A stretch of DNA of 63,746 nt, filler included, from Octopus bimaculoides (taxonomy: Eukaryota), in assembly GCF_001194135.2 (NCBI RefSeq). It is 6 parts of 6 records of this genome, joined end to end, with 100 filler letters (N's around TTAATTAATTAA, not from the genome) between each part and the next. Parts side by side here need not be neighbours in the genome. Positions count along the whole stretch, not along the records: positions 1 to 16,320 come from NC_068990.1; 5 more parts are not named here. One strand, 5' to 3'. The notes under the pieces are model-generated. The model made no database searches. It saw nothing but the letters and a program-made list of their open reading frames with translations, and was not told where the DNA came from. Both the position numbers and the translations under genes were made by a program. Positions 1 to 14,275 of this stretch are shown here, piece by piece. Every line of letters starts with the position of its first letter. The first letter of the stretch is position 1.

Positions 1-45
1 TCTTAACCACTATGGCAAGATTCCGAGTTCGATTCCAGGCAGTGT

Positions 46-116
<71 letters not shown>

Positions 117-163
117 TCGAAAAATACCTTAGGAATGAGAACCCAGGTTCGAAATTTCCCCCA

Positions 164-210
164 GGACAACTGAAGAAGGCTGGAGAGTATATCAGTCGAA
201 ACGTTGTGCT
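164..210 (+). ncRNA. Degenerate minimal hammerhead motif
   Basis: CTGAAGA at 170-176; helix II GGCTG/CAGTC; GAAA at 198-201; AACGTT palindrome; helix I poorly paired. Confidence 0.5.
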
Positions 211-1912
211 AATAACAAACAAGATGAAGGCAAATATCTGTCAAATGTAAATAATGCAAAATATGTACATAATTCCTCATCTCTCAGATATAGAACTGTA
301 AGTATCTCTCAGTGAAACACTCAACAAACTTAATCTACATTCTACTAATCTATGTTTTTACTTTTTAGCCAGGGGTCAAAGGCATTGATCATCACCCGTC
401 GCAGACCTGATGAATATCAATAGTTTGCAACAAAGGGAACTTCGGTAAATGCACTGAATGTGCCAAAAGTTGGTGTTAAATAGGACGACCAGTTTAGTCT
501 GTAAAGTATAGCTATAGATAGGCGTAGCTGTGTAATTAAGAGGCTAGCTTCTTCATCATACGGTCTTAGGTTCGGACCCACTGCACGACACCTTGGGTAT
601 GTTTTCTTCTATTTATAGACCTGAGCGAATTAAGGCTTGGAATGAATTTGCTTGAGAGAAACTGAAGAAAACCGTTGAATGCATACATACGTATACACGC
701 GCACGCACACACACACACACACACAAACATATACATATACATATATATATACATCTCTATGTATGTACATGTGTATGTATGTAGTATGTATGTATGTATA
801 TATGTATGTATATATGTATAAACATGCTTGTGCATGTGTATGCATGTTTCTGTTTATCTACCACCGCCGCCGCTTGTAACCGGTTTAGGTTTGTTTATGT
901 TGTGTCGACGCCCCCCAGACGATGAAGTAGGCTAGCCCAATACGTAGATATAGAGGGAGAAGTTTAGACGTCGGGGTAGTTGAGTAGAGGTCATCCGCAC
1001 GTGCGATATAACTGTTTACTTCCCCATAACTTAGTGGTACGACAAAGGAGTCCGACAGAATAAGCATCAGGTTTAAAAAAAAAAAGACATGTGTACAGGT
1101 GCTAATTTGCTCGACTTCCCCAATCCTCCAAAGAAAGTTGAGAAGTGCATTTTTGCACAATGAATAATCAAGAAATATGGTGTACATACTATGATCATTG
1201 TCTAACATTTACCAAATATGCTGTTCTGTTTACCATCTTTGTTCTTTCTTTTATTCATTTTCGTTTCTTTTGCTGCTCAGTTTTTCTTCCATTTTGTACT
1301 TTCGCAAAACAATTAGTTGGGAAAGCAACTTTACTCGAATCTTATTTACCCAATCACGTGGTTATAGGTTCAGTCGCAAGGCACGGCACCTTCCACAAGA
1401 CATTTGAGTGAATTTGTAAGATGGANNNNNNNNNNNNNNNNNNNNNNNNNNNNNNNNNNNNNNNNNNNNNNNNNNNNNNNNNNNNNNNNNNNNNNNNNNN
1501 NNNNNNNNNNNNNNNNNNNNNNNNNNNNNNNNNNNNNNNNNNNNNNNNNNNNNNNNNNNNNNNNNNNNNNNNNNNNNNNNNNNNNNNNNNNNNNNNNNNN
1601 NNNNNNNNNNNNNNNNNNNNNNNNNNNNNNNNNNNNNNNNNNNNNNNNNNNNNNNNNNNNNNNNNNNNNNNNNNNNNNNNNNNNNNNNNNNNNNNNNNNN
1701 NNNNNNNNNNNNNNNNNNNNNNNNNNNNNNNNNNNNNNNNNNNNNNNNNNNNNNNNNNNNNNNNNNNNNNNNNNNNNNNNNNNNNNNNNNNNNNNNNNNN
1801 NNNNNNNNNNNNNNNNNNNNNNNNNNNNNNNNNNNNNNNNNNNNNNNNNNNNNNNNNNNNNNNNNNNNNNNNNNNNNNNNNNNNNNNNNNNNNNNNNNNN
1901 NNNNNNNNNNNN

Positions 1913-2020
1913 GTGCGTGCGCCTAGTGTGTGCGTGCGTGCGCCTAGTGTGTGCGTGCATGCGCCTAGTGTGTGCGTGCGTGCGCCTAGTGTGTGTGTGC
2001 CTAGTGTGTGTGTGTGTGCA

Positions 2021-2068
<48 letters not shown>

Positions 2069-2095
2069 TGTGCGTGTGTGTGCGTGTGTGGTTTT
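1913..2095. repeat. GT-rich minisatellite and microsatellite
   Basis: GTGCGTGCGCCTAGTGTGT-type units grading into (GT)n. Confidence 0.85.
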
Positions 2096-3274
2096 CTTGG
2101 TGTCTGTGTTTGTCTCCAGCACCGCTTGACAACCGATGATGGTGTGTTGACGTCCTCGTTAGCTAGCGGTTTGGCGAAAGTGACCGACAGAATAAATACC
2201 AGGCTTAAAAAGTAAAAAGGAAGTTCTGGGGTCGATTCATTCGTCCGAAAATTCTTGAAGGCGGTGCTCCAGAATGGCCACAGTCTAATGACTGAAACAA
2301 GTAAAAGATGAAAAAAATAATAAAAGCTACATTGAGTGGCATTCGTCTAACCAATTATATGGTCTAAGCATTATAAATAGTACCTGGAGTGGGTGTTCTT
2401 ATTAACCAAACAAATAATTCCTTTTCGCGGAGAAGGAAAACCAAATTGTGAATGAAGAATAAAATGTTTAGCGATGTAATTTTTTGTGATTTCTTTCTTA
2501 TATTCGACAATCGAAAAATTTTACGTTTCAAAAATATATCGTCTGATATTAAAGCACGTGACACTTACTCCACCCCCACCGCACCCCACTCACACTTCCA
2601 TTCCTCTTGTCATCGTTTGTTACACAGGGGTCAAACAGAAACATTCTGGAATCCTGGAATGTTGACACAAACTCTGAAATATGACGTTTTATTGTTTGTA
2701 AAGTATATTATAAAACGGTAATTAAGCAAATTTAATTTATCTTAATAGCCACAGGTATTTAAGGCGGCGAACTAGCAGAATCGTTAGCATGCCGGACAAA
2801 ATGCGTATTAGCATTTTGTCTAGTAGGCAAATGACTTAAACATATACAGAAAAGAGTAGAAAACGTTTATAGCCAGACAATCTGCATTATATATATGTAT
2901 ATAAAGAGAGAGAAAAAGGAAAACGTTCCTCTAGATCAGTCTACAATACTTGCGTTTTGTCTTCGTTGCTATATACGTATATGGGAAACTTGGGTTGTTT
3001 GCCTGAGATATATGAAAGGACTGGAGCGATTTTACCAACAGTGTCTTCATCCTATGCGAGATATTCGATGGTGAATGTATGTAAAGGATGTTGAATTCCA
3101 CGAACGCAATCAATGCACCAGTATACAGTCTCTGGTATTTCAATATTTATAATGAAGTGGTTATGTCGTCAGCATGGGAGATGTTCGGATACACAAGCAA
3201 TTTCTGTATTGTGAGCGAGCCCAAGATAAAATACCAGCGAGCGTACAGACCGAAATTAAGTTAGGTAGGGTAAT

Positions 3275-3347
<73 letters not shown>

Positions 3348-4239
3348 GATGGTTGCCACTTGATTCCGAGTAATGCCATGTACTTCTGCTTGGAACATAC
3401 ATACTTTTGCACTGATGTGACTATGATAGGCGTCTCTTGTAAGTAGGTGTTACGGTATTGTTTTAGTCAATCTTAATATGACTGTTCAATTCCGAGTATC
3501 CTGAACATTCTTTTCCTCACTCCCTACATTAAGAATACACTGGATGGTGGTAGTTCTCTGTCAGATGTCAACGATTATTATCCAAGATTTTCAGAAAAGC
3601 GCATAATTGGATCCGCGACCGTTGGCTACAGGTGTTTTGAGCATTGAGCGTCTTCACTGAAAGAAGGTATAACCCCATGTCAAGAAACGATCCGCAAACG
3701 TCTCGCTAGTTGACTGCTACGTTACTTACATCACTAGGTTGTGTGTATAGTCTAACATAAAGACTCAGGTATGGCTGTTGATTAAGAAGTTCAGTTTGCA
3801 ACCACGAGTTTTAGGGTCCACTCCCTACGTGCAGCAACTTGTCTTCTACTGTAGCCCCAAGCCCACAAATGTCTTGTAAGTGTACTTGGTAGGCGGAAGT
3901 TATAGGGAATTCCGTCATGTGTGTGTGTGGGGGGGGTGTAGGCCCCCGCCTGTAGTGGTTGTTTACAGCCCCGTAACTTAGTGATTCGGCAAAAGATACA
4001 GATAAAGCGAGTACTATACTTCCAGACTTAGAAAATGTAAAAACTGCTACCGGTTTGTTCAGCTAAAGTCTCCTGTGGCGGCGCACCAGCATGTCCATGT
4101 TTCAACGAATGAAACAAGTAGAAGAAGGAAAGAATAGTCACAAAGCCTCCAGTTTTGACGATAAGGCAGTATAAACGATTATATAGATGTGGGTAAAACA
4201 AGGTATGCACAACGTTAGCACGCCGCGCAAAAATGGTTA

Positions 4240-4625
4240 GTGGCACTTCGGCTATCTATACGTTCTGAGTTCAAAGTCCACCGAGGTCGACTTTGCTTTC
4301 ATTCTTTCGGGGTCGATAAATTAAGTACTAGTACGCAACGTACTAGGGTCGATCTAATCGACTGGTCCCCTCCCCAAAAATTTCGGGCCTTGTGCCTAGA
4401 ATTGAAAAAAAAAAAAAAAGGAAAATGGTATACACGACGTTAGGACACCGGGCAAACTTGATTAACGGCACTTCGTCTGTCTATACGCTCTGAGTTCAAA
4501 GTCCACCAAGGTCGACTTTGCCTTTCATTCTTTCGGGGTTAATGAAATAAGTACCAGTTGAGCACTGGGATCAATAAAAACGACTGACCCCGGAAATTGC
4601 CGGCCTTGAACCAAAATTTCAAACC
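4240..4625 (+). mobile_element. Two tandem SINE family B copies
   Basis: Repeated core CACCGAGGTCGACTTTGC at about 4280 and about 4505. Confidence 0.8.
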
Positions 4626-4715
4626 AGTGTAAGTGGAAAGCTCTTTTGATTTTTCTTTTTCTTTTTCAGTATGAGAATTTTATGATCCCATGTTTTTTTA
4701 ACTATTTGTTTGTAT

Positions 4716-5078
4716 GTGGCTGCGTGGTAAGAAGCTTGCTTCCCAACCACATGGTTCCGGGTTCACTTCCACTTACATGACATCTTGGGCAAGTGTCTTC
4801 TACTGTAGTTTCGGGCAGACCAGAGTTTTGTGAGTGGATTTGGTAGAAGGAAAATATGTGTGTGTGAGTGTGTTTGTGTCTGTGTTCCCCACCACCGTTT
4901 GACAACCGGTGTTGGTTTGTTTACGTCCCTGTAGCCTAACGGTTCAGCAAAAGTGACCGATAGAATAAGTAACAGGTTTAAAAAAAAATAAAACCGCCAG
5001 GATTGATTCATTCGACCAAAACTCTTCAAAGTGGTATCCCAGCATGGCCGCGGTCCAGTGACTGAAACAAGTAAAGGA
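4716..5078 (+). mobile_element. SINE family A
   Basis: Colinear with 6298-6715. Confidence 0.85.
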
Positions 5079-5842
5079 ATGATAAGAATAGTTATTCCTA
5101 AACATAAAATTCTTATCCTGAAAAAGAAATAGAGAAACGAAAAGAAGATTCCACTCATATTGGGCAATTGTTTACCTAGTTTTGCCCATACATGTATAGG
5201 TTCCAGTTCTTTGTTTCTATAAATGTTAATGATGACCTCGGTGGGATTTGAACTCATAACAGTGTCTACATTACTACTAATAACTAGCTATAATACATAT
5301 TTTGTTCAGCATATCATAGCTGCTTCTAATTCGCCCACTGTCTATCTGCATAATAATCTGATTGCTTACTCACCCGTTATACTTTAGTTAGTTAGAGAGG
5401 TGGAGGTGGAATGAGAAGTAGAGTAAAAATGTGAGAGACGGCAAGGAATGCGATTAGAGAGGAAAGAAGAGAGGAGAATAATAATGCATAGTTGAAGAAA
5501 GAGGCGAAAAGCGAGAGAAAAAGACGGTGAGAGAAAAGAGGCAAAGAGAAGTGTTAACAATGTTCGGTAGGGTGGGGAGGGAAAGGTGAAGAGAAAGAGA
5601 TATGTTTAGGATACAATATTTAGCAGAGGGTAATGTTCTGGTGATGATGTTAAAGAAAGGCAAACTGAGAGAGATAGACAGGGGAAGCAGTTACATTAAG
5701 AGAGAGAGAGAGAGAAAGGAAAGAGAGAGAAGCAGATAGCTTCTGTATTGTCAGAGAAGAGATACTTCGACAGCAAGAAAAAGTATATATATAAGAAAAC
5801 AGCTGAACTGAAATGAAATGGGCATTGTTGCTGAAAACCATA

Positions 5843-5866
5843 GTGGTGATGATGATGATGATGATA

Positions 5867-5917
<51 letters not shown>

Positions 5918-5955
5918 GTGTTGGTGGTGGTGTTGGTGGTGGTGGTGGTGTGTTG
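5843..5955. repeat. (GAT)n/(GGT)n microsatellite
   Basis: Directly visible. Confidence 0.95.
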
Positions 5956-6297
5956 ATAGTGAAAAGTATTTTTTTACTGAGCTAAATCTATATTATTATT
6001 CTAAATGTTCGTTGAAGAATAATTTTATACTTTGTTAGAAAGAATGAGGAGATGGAGTGAGAGAGAGAGGGGGGAGAGGGAGAGGGAATGTGAGAGTGAA
6101 TGAGAGAGCAGATAGCCCACCGATGCATTATGCTGTCACTCCTGTGGTTAGTGGTAGTGAGAGGTGAAGAGAAAGAGAGAAATTTTAAAGACATGAGAAG
6201 GGAAATTGCATGGTTAAAAAATTTGTTGAAGTGGTAGAGACAAATAGAAAATATAAAATGCATAGCTTAGGGAAAAATTTTAAATCATATAATATAT

Positions 6298-6715
6298 AGG
6301 CGCAGGAGTGGCTGTGTGGTAAGTAGCTTGCTTACAAACCACGTGGTTCCGGGTTCAGTCCCACTGCGTGGCGTCTTGGGTCAGTGTCTTCTACTGTAGC
6401 CTCAGGCCGACCAGTGGATTTGGTAGACGGAAACTGAAAGAAGCCCTTCGTATATATGTATTTATATATATATATATGTGTGTGTGTGTGTATGTTTGTG
6501 TGTCTGTGTTTGTCCCCCTAGCATTGCTTCACAACCGATGCTGGTGTGTTTATGTCACCATAACTTAGCGGTTCAACAAAAGAGACCGATAGAATAAGTA
6601 CTAGGCTTACAAAGAATAAGTCCCGGGGTCGATTTTCTCGACTAAAGGCGGTGTGTTCCAGCATGGCCGCAGTCAAATGAGTGAAACAAGTAAAAGAGTA
6701 AAAAAGTAAAAGAGT
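6298..6715 (+). mobile_element. SINE family A, full length (tRNA-derived head, internal TA/TG microsatellite, tail ending GAAACAAGTAAAAGAG)
   Basis: A- and B-box-like head GGCGCAGGAGTGGCTGTGTGGTAAG...GGGTTCAGTCCC; more than 20 related copies in the window. Confidence 0.9.
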
Positions 6716-7466
6716 ATATCATTGTAACTGGAAGTGAAATAACTTAGCAAAATTAAAATTAAAATGCAAANNNNNNNNNNNNNNNNNNNNNNNNNNNNNN
6801 NNNNNNNNNNNNNNNNNNNNNNNNNNNNNNNNNNNNNNNNNNNNNNNNNNNNNNNNNNNNNNNNNNNNNNNNNNNNNNNNNNNNNNNNNNNNNNNNNNNN
6901 NNNNNNNNNNNNNNNNNNNNNNNNNNNNNNNNNNNNNNNNNNNNNNNNNNNNNNNNNNNNNNNNNNNNNNNNNNNNNNNNNNNNNNNNNNNNNNNNNNNN
7001 NNNNNNNNNNNNNNNNNNNNNNNNNNNNNNNNNNNNNNNNNNNNNNNNNNNNNNNNNNNNNNNNNNNNNNNNNNNNNNNNNNNNNNNNNNNNNNNNNNNN
7101 NNNNNNNNNNNNNNNNNNNNNNNNNNNNNNNNNNNNNNNNNNNNNNNNNNNNNNNNNNNNNNNNNNNNNNNNNNNNNNNNNNNNNNNNNNNNNNNNNNNN
7201 NNNNNNNNNNNNNNNNNNNNNNNNNNNNNNNNNNNNNNNNNNNNNNNNNNNNNNNNNNNNNNNNNNNNNNNNNNNNNNNNNNNNNNNNNNNNNNNNNNNN
7301 NNNNNNNNNNNNNNNNNNNNNNNNNNNNNNNNNNNNNNNNNNNNNNNNNNNNNNNNNNNNNNNNNNNNNNNNNNNNNNNNNNNNNNNNNNNTATATATAT
7401 ATATATATATATATAAAGAGAGAGGGAGAGAAAGATACACAGATAGATAAACATATACATACACAC

Positions 7467-7502
<36 letters not shown>

Positions 7503-7940
7503 ACGCATATACATGCATATATGTATACACCGATCATCGCTTATGGTCAATTAGATACCAGTCTAGTCAGACAGACGTATCGTTGCAGTCTATTTTATTA
7601 TTGTTGTTGTTCTCTTTTTTTTTTTTGTTCTACGATTACTACTGTTACTACTATATCTACTACAACTACTATTTTTCTTTCAGCCGCATATCTTCCTTGA
7701 TCGAACTGTTCTATTTCCAAACACGTACCAGCCTTGACCATCCCGGTGTATTTTCATTATTTTTTTTTTCTTCTCTAGATCTACATTATCCGATGTGTCC
7801 ATTTTTATTTAAGAATGCAGATTTCAGCCAAATATTGTTACTATTTCTAGCAAATCGTAGGTCTACTTAGTGGCAACGAGACTACGTCGCTGTCGGGTAT
7901 TACATATCGTACCCGACCGTCTTAAGATATAAAATATGTA

Positions 7941-8297
7941 GGCGCAGACGTGACTCTGTGTTAAGAAACTTGCTTCCCAACCATAAGGTCGCGCTTCAAT
8001 CCGACTGTGTAGCATCATGGGCAACTGTCTTCTACTACTACTACTACACACACACACATGTACATGTATATCTATATGTGTGTGCGTCTTCGTGTCTGTG
8101 TTTGTCCCCCACCCCCATCATCGCTTGACAACTGGTGTCAGTGTGTTTACGTCACTGTAACTTAGCGGTTCGGCTAAAGAATACAATAGAATCAGTAGTA
8201 GGCTGAAGAAATAAGTCCTGGGGTCGTTTTGTTCAATTAAAACCATCCAAATAGTGTCCCCAGCGTGGCTGCAGTCAAAATGACTGAAACAAGTAGG
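7941..8297 (+). mobile_element. SINE family A, diverged
   Basis: Head and tail match; middle partly deleted. Confidence 0.75.
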
Positions 8298-10403
8298 CGA
8301 ATATATAAATAAAATATATAAATTATAAAATACTAAATGAATAAAATGTAAAAGACTTTGTGCATTAGACAAAGATGGAATATTTATGGTCGAAATGTCT
8401 TCGAGTATAGGCATGCTCAATCAGGGATGAAGGAAATAAAAAATATTTTTAAAAATGAAGAGAAATGACCTTGAACACCGCCGTAGAAAGACCTGGAATA
8501 ATAGAAAAACACTCTTTGAGAGAGTTATAATGGTAAATGTAGACATCGGGCATGTGTGTGTGTGTGTGTGTGTGTGTATTTGACGGGATTCTTTCAGTTT
8601 GCGTCTATCAAATGCACTCGGAAGGCTTTGGTCGGCATAGGGCTATAAGAGAAGACATTTGGCCAATGTGCCACGCAGTGGGACTGAACCCGGGATCATG
8701 CGGTTGGGAAGTAAGCTTTTTACCGCACAGTCACGTGTGCACCTATTTTTATTTACCCATAAGTTAAGAAGAGCAAAAAAAAAAAAGAAAACTAAACTAA
8801 GGCACAATCACCGTGAATAATTGAGCGGTTGTACTTTCAAATATGATTGNNNNNNNNNNNNNNNNNNNNNNNNNNNNNNNNNNNNNNNNNNNNNNNNNNN
8901 NNNNNNNNNNNNNNNNNNNNNNNNNNNNNNNNNNNNNNNNNNNNNNNNNNNNNNNNNNNNNNNNNNNNNNNNNNNNNNNNNNNNNNNNNNNNNNNNNNNN
9001 NNNNNNNNNNNNNNNNNNNNNNNNNNNNNNNNNNNNNNNNNNNNNNNNNNNNNNNNNNNNNNNNNNNNNNNNNNNNNNNNNNNNNNNNNNNNNNNNNNNN
9101 NNNNNNNNNNNNNNNNNNNNNNNNNNNNNNNNNNNNNNNNNNNNNNNNNNNNNNNNNNNNNNNNNNNNNNNNNNNNNNNNNNNNNNNNNNNNNNNNNNNN
9201 NNNNNNNNNNNNNNNNNNNNNNNNNNNNNNNNNNNNNNNNNNNNNNNNNNNNNNNNNNNNNNNNNNNNNNNNNNNNNNNNNNNNNNNNNNNNNNNNNNNN
9301 NNNNNNNNNNNNNNNNNNNNNNNNNNNNNNNNNNNNNNNNNNNNNNNNNNNNNNNNNNNNNNNNNNNNNNNNNNNNNNNNNNNNNNNNNNNNNNNNNNNN
9401 NNNNNNNNNNNNNNNNNNNNNNNNNNNNNNNNNNNNNNNNNNNNNNNNNNNNNNNNNNNNNNNNNNNNNNNNNNNNNNNNNNNNNNNNNNNATATATTCA
9501 TACACACACATACACGCGGTGGGGGTGCTTTTTCTGATTCTTTGTTCTTTTCTCTCTCTTCCTCTTTCTCCACTTCTCTGCACTCTGCTCTGCATATCCG
9601 TCGAAGTGCTCTGCCCAAAGCGACATGTTTCTGCTCTGAACTTTTCTTGAAGCCGTGTCGGGACACCGGAGGTATATCATGCAACTTTATTCAGGTACAC
9701 ACGGCGATTAAATAAGAAGCAACACCGAAGAAAACCAACTGAAATCTGCTGAAGCGGTCTTCTGGGTCTTATCTGAATGGAAGTATAAGATACAAAGGCT
9801 GGCAGATGGTGAGGAGAGACATTCTAAAATAATTCACACAACTTAAGCGTTTTCCAGAACTCAAAAAGAGAAATTCTCGGATACTTCTCTCATGAGCGGA
9901 AATTTGTCTTCTCAACGAGATCGTGTCCATTCTTGGACCAGGGAATGACATACACAGCTTGCACGGTGTACCCACTGCTAAAACTAATCCAGGAGAAATA
10001 GCTTGACTTTTCTCCCGGAAAAAATGTTATATCTTCAGTTTCTTTCCATTTCCTTTTACTAACACCGAGCCAAGCATTTCCGACCACTTTGTCTAAAGAT
10101 TCTACAATAGGCGCAAAGGTCAACGTCAAATCGGTGTTGGCATTTTGAATAGTTATATGTCATAACTGACAATAGAACCCTAACTTAACTGCTTGTTACC
10201 ACTAAACTACATCTCACCTTACCTTTTCTATCTCGTTTGTGGGCAAGGACGTTAATGTGCGCTTTATAAACCGTGAAATACGGTAACACAGGAATATTTC
10301 TATCTCTTTGTCCTTGATTGATAGTCTGAACGCCTGCCTGCCTACCTTATAATTATTGTCTATCTGTCTACCTGCCTGATTCATCTGCTTCACCATTAAT
10401 AAG

Positions 10404-10450
<47 letters not shown>

Positions 10451-10478
10451 ACTATCTATCTATTTATATATATGTATG

Positions 10479-10529
<51 letters not shown>

Positions 10530-10888
10530 NNNNNNNNNNNNNNNNNNNNNNNNNNNNNNNNNNNNNNNNNNNNNNNNNNNNNNNNNNNNNNNNNNNNNNN
10601 NNNNNNNNNNNNNNNNNNNNNNNNNNNNNNNNNNNNNNNNNNNNNNNNNNNNNNNNNNNNNNNNNNNNNNNNNNNNNNNNNNNNNNNNNNNNNNNNNNNN
10701 NNNNNNNNNNNNNNNNNNNNNNNNNNNNNNNNNNNNNNNNNNNNNNNNNNNNNNNNNNNNNNNNNNNNNNNNNNNNNNNNNNNNNNNNNNNNNNNNNNNN
10801 NNNNNNNNNNNNNNNNNNNNNNNNNNNNNNNNNNNNNNNNNNNNNNNNNNNNNNNNNNNNNNNNNNNNNNNNNNNNNNNNNNNNNNNN

Positions 10889-10944
<56 letters not shown>

Positions 10945-11317
10945 TATAGAGAGAGAGGGAGAGAGCAGTGAATAATTTTGGTTTTAGTGAAATTATATAT
11001 TAAAACTATATTACATATATATATATATATATATTGTATGTATCTATGTACATATGTATGTATGTGCATTTACTAGACTATGTTTCTGTCCGTCTAACTA
11101 TAATATACATACCTACATACATGAATACATACATATATATGTATATATACATATATACATATATACATGTGTGTATGTGCGCGCGCGTGTGTTTGTGTGA
11201 GTATATGTGTGCGAACGTGTATGAGTGAATGGGTTTGTGTGTGTGTGTGCGTGCATGTACGTGTGAAATAGAAAACCTAAACTAGCTAAATCGATCGAGC
11301 AACAATCGATCGAAAGT

Positions 11318-11361
<44 letters not shown>

Positions 11362-11806
11362 CACATACATACATAGCTTATCTGTCAGGAGACTGATCGT
11401 TTACACAGGTGAATAGTGAAAGCAATTATATTTGTCTATCTGCCTACAAGACTATTTGTTAGTCAAGTAGACAAAGAAAAAGTGATACTGGTTGAAATAT
11501 TTGAAATTAGACTAGTTGAGTGACTCTCACACTTGTTTACACGGACGCACACGCTTATATTNNNNNNNNNNNNNNNNNNNNNNNNNNNNNNNNNNNNNNN
11601 NNNNNNNNNNNNNNNNNNNNNNNNNNNNNNNNNNNNNNNNNNNNNNNNNNNNNNNNNNNNNNNNNNNNNNNNNNNNNNNNNNNNNNNNNNNNNNNNNNNN
11701 NNNNNNNNNNNNNNNNNNNNNNNNNNNNNNNNNNNNNNNNNNNNNNNNNNNNNNNNNNNNNNNNNNNNNNNNNNNNNNNNNNNNNNNNNNNNNNNNNNNN
11801 NNNNNN

Positions 11807-11840
<34 letters not shown>

Positions 11841-12105
11841 AGTTTATGTATATATTAATATTATCTCAGTTTTAAAAAAACCTTTGATAACGTAAATATG
11901 TTAATAGTTACCAGAGGTAGCAAAATTACACTAGAAACCACGATATCACAGCCGTTTTACAGGTAGAGATACCAAGTTAAAGTGATACATTTTGAGAAGA
12001 TATGAATAATAATAATAAATGGAGCAAACCGCATATAATTGGAATTAAAGGAACTTTTATTTATATGCATTTTGCTCCATTTATTATTATTATTCATATA
12101 TATAT

Positions 12106-12460
12106 AGGCGCAGGAGCGGCTGTGTGGTAAGTAGTGGTTTCAGTCCCACTGCATGACACATTGGGCAAGTGTCTTCTACTATAGCCTCGAGCTGACCAAA
12201 ACCTTGAGAATGGATTTGGTATATATTTGGCATATAAAGCCCGTCGTATATATGTATATGTATATATGTGTGTGCGTGTGTGTTTGTGTGTCTGTGTTTA
12301 TTCCCAACATCGCTAGACAACCGATGCTGGTGTGTTTACGCCCCCGTTCGGCAAAAGATGGCTTACAAAGAATAAGTCCTGGGATCGATTTGCTCGACTA
12401 AAAGCGGTGCTCCAGCATGGCCGCAGTCAAATGACTGAAACAAGTAAAAGAATAAAAGAG
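12106..12460 (+). mobile_element. SINE family A
   Basis: Colinear with 6298-6715. Confidence 0.85.
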
Positions 12461-12734
12461 AGTAAATACTCTCTGTATATGTACACACACACAACATACA
12501 CACACAAACACCCCCACACACACACACACTCGCACAAACATGAGAGCAAACATGGCTATGTAGTAAGAAGTTTGCTTCCAAAACACATAGTTCTGAGTTC
12601 AGTTTCAGTGCATGCCACCTAGGGTAAGAGACGCTCATTAGAGTCCCGGGCCGAGTAAAGCCCCATGAATGTACAGGCACGCACGTACGCGCACGCATAC
12701 ACATACGTTCAAACGCGCACACACTCGGATACAC

Positions 12735-12882
12735 GCGCAGGAGTGGCTGTGTGGTAAGTAGCTTGCTTACACATGGTTCCGGGTTCAGTCCCACTGCGTG
12801 GCAAGTGTCTTCTACTATAGCATCGGGCCGACCAAAGCCTTGTGAGTGGATTTGGTAGACGGAAACTGAAAGAAGCCCGTCG

Positions 12883-12954
<72 letters not shown>

Positions 12955-13162
12955 TGTGTTTGTCCTCCTAGCATTGCTTGACAACCGATGCTGGTGTGTT
13001 TATGTCCCCGTCACCTAGCGGTTCGGCAAAAAGAGACCGATAGAACAAGTACTAGGCTTACAAAGAATAGGTCCCGGGGTTGATTTGCTCGACTAAAGGC
13101 GGTGCTCCAGCATGGCCGCAGTCAAATGACTGAAACAAGTAAAAGAGTAAAAGAGTAAAGAG
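12735..13162 (+). mobile_element. SINE family A, full length, little diverged
   Basis: Nearly identical to 6298-6715. Confidence 0.9.
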
Positions 13163-13209
<47 letters not shown>

Positions 13210-13637
13210 GTACAAATACAGAGGCAGTAAAAATATATAGTCTTTATAAGTATTATGTGTATGTGTGTGTACGTGTGTGTGTGTGTGTGTGTGCTGCGCG
13301 CGCGTGTGTGTTCGGACTCATGCATATGTGTAAATGTATACACACATATATATATATCTATGTGTATGTATGTGAGCATAACGTCAAATAGTCTAATCAC
13401 ACATCACAGCGTGTCTTTATTGTCTCTTTGTCTATGTTCCTGACTCGCAGTTTTGCAGACAGACAGACGTCAAAAATTGTTGAACGTATGTTCACTTGTC
13501 TTTTTAGTCAGCCCATCTAATGTCTACCTGTTAACCTTCCTATATACTCATCTATCTGCGTATCTTTTTATGTTTAAATCTCTTTATTGGTCTATCTGTG
13601 TCTGTCTTGTTTATCTAATTGCCTGAATGTTTGTGAG

Positions 13638-13688
<51 letters not shown>

Positions 13689-14275
13689 GTCTCTATCTGT
13701 CTGTCTGCCTTTATTACTATCTGTCTATCTCCCAACATATTCGGCTGTCTATCTGGTTGTTTGTCTCCACCTATCCACCTGTCTCTATATCTTTCAATCG
13801 TATCTATCCATCTGTTTGTCTATCCATCCATCCACACACACCTACACACACACTCACACACACATACACCATAACACATAAACATTTACATGCATAAATA
13901 TTTAGACACACACGCATAAATATACAGATGTACACACTAATTCTCAAATACATGCTTACCGAACACGTATCTAGGATATACCGTGATCGAGACAAATAAT
14001 TATAAACTGGAGCAAATGACAATCACACCACATTCCTTCAGATGACACCCATGTGGTGGTCACCGCCCCATTATTATTATATAAGAATGGATATTAAAAT
14101 GCATTATTAGTAACACACATTAGTTCAAATTCCGCCGAGGTTGACTTCGCCTTTCATCTATTCAGGGTCGATGAACTTTGGGGTCGATGTTATCAACTAG
14201 CTCCCTCCCGATAAACATTTCAGTGTTTGTACCTGTCAGAGAAAAAGTTAACAGTTGCACACTTATACCTTAGAC

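Noticed and set aside
2930-3260. Non-repetitive stretch with semi-open minus-strand frames
   Set aside because: In-frame stops and no recognisable family.
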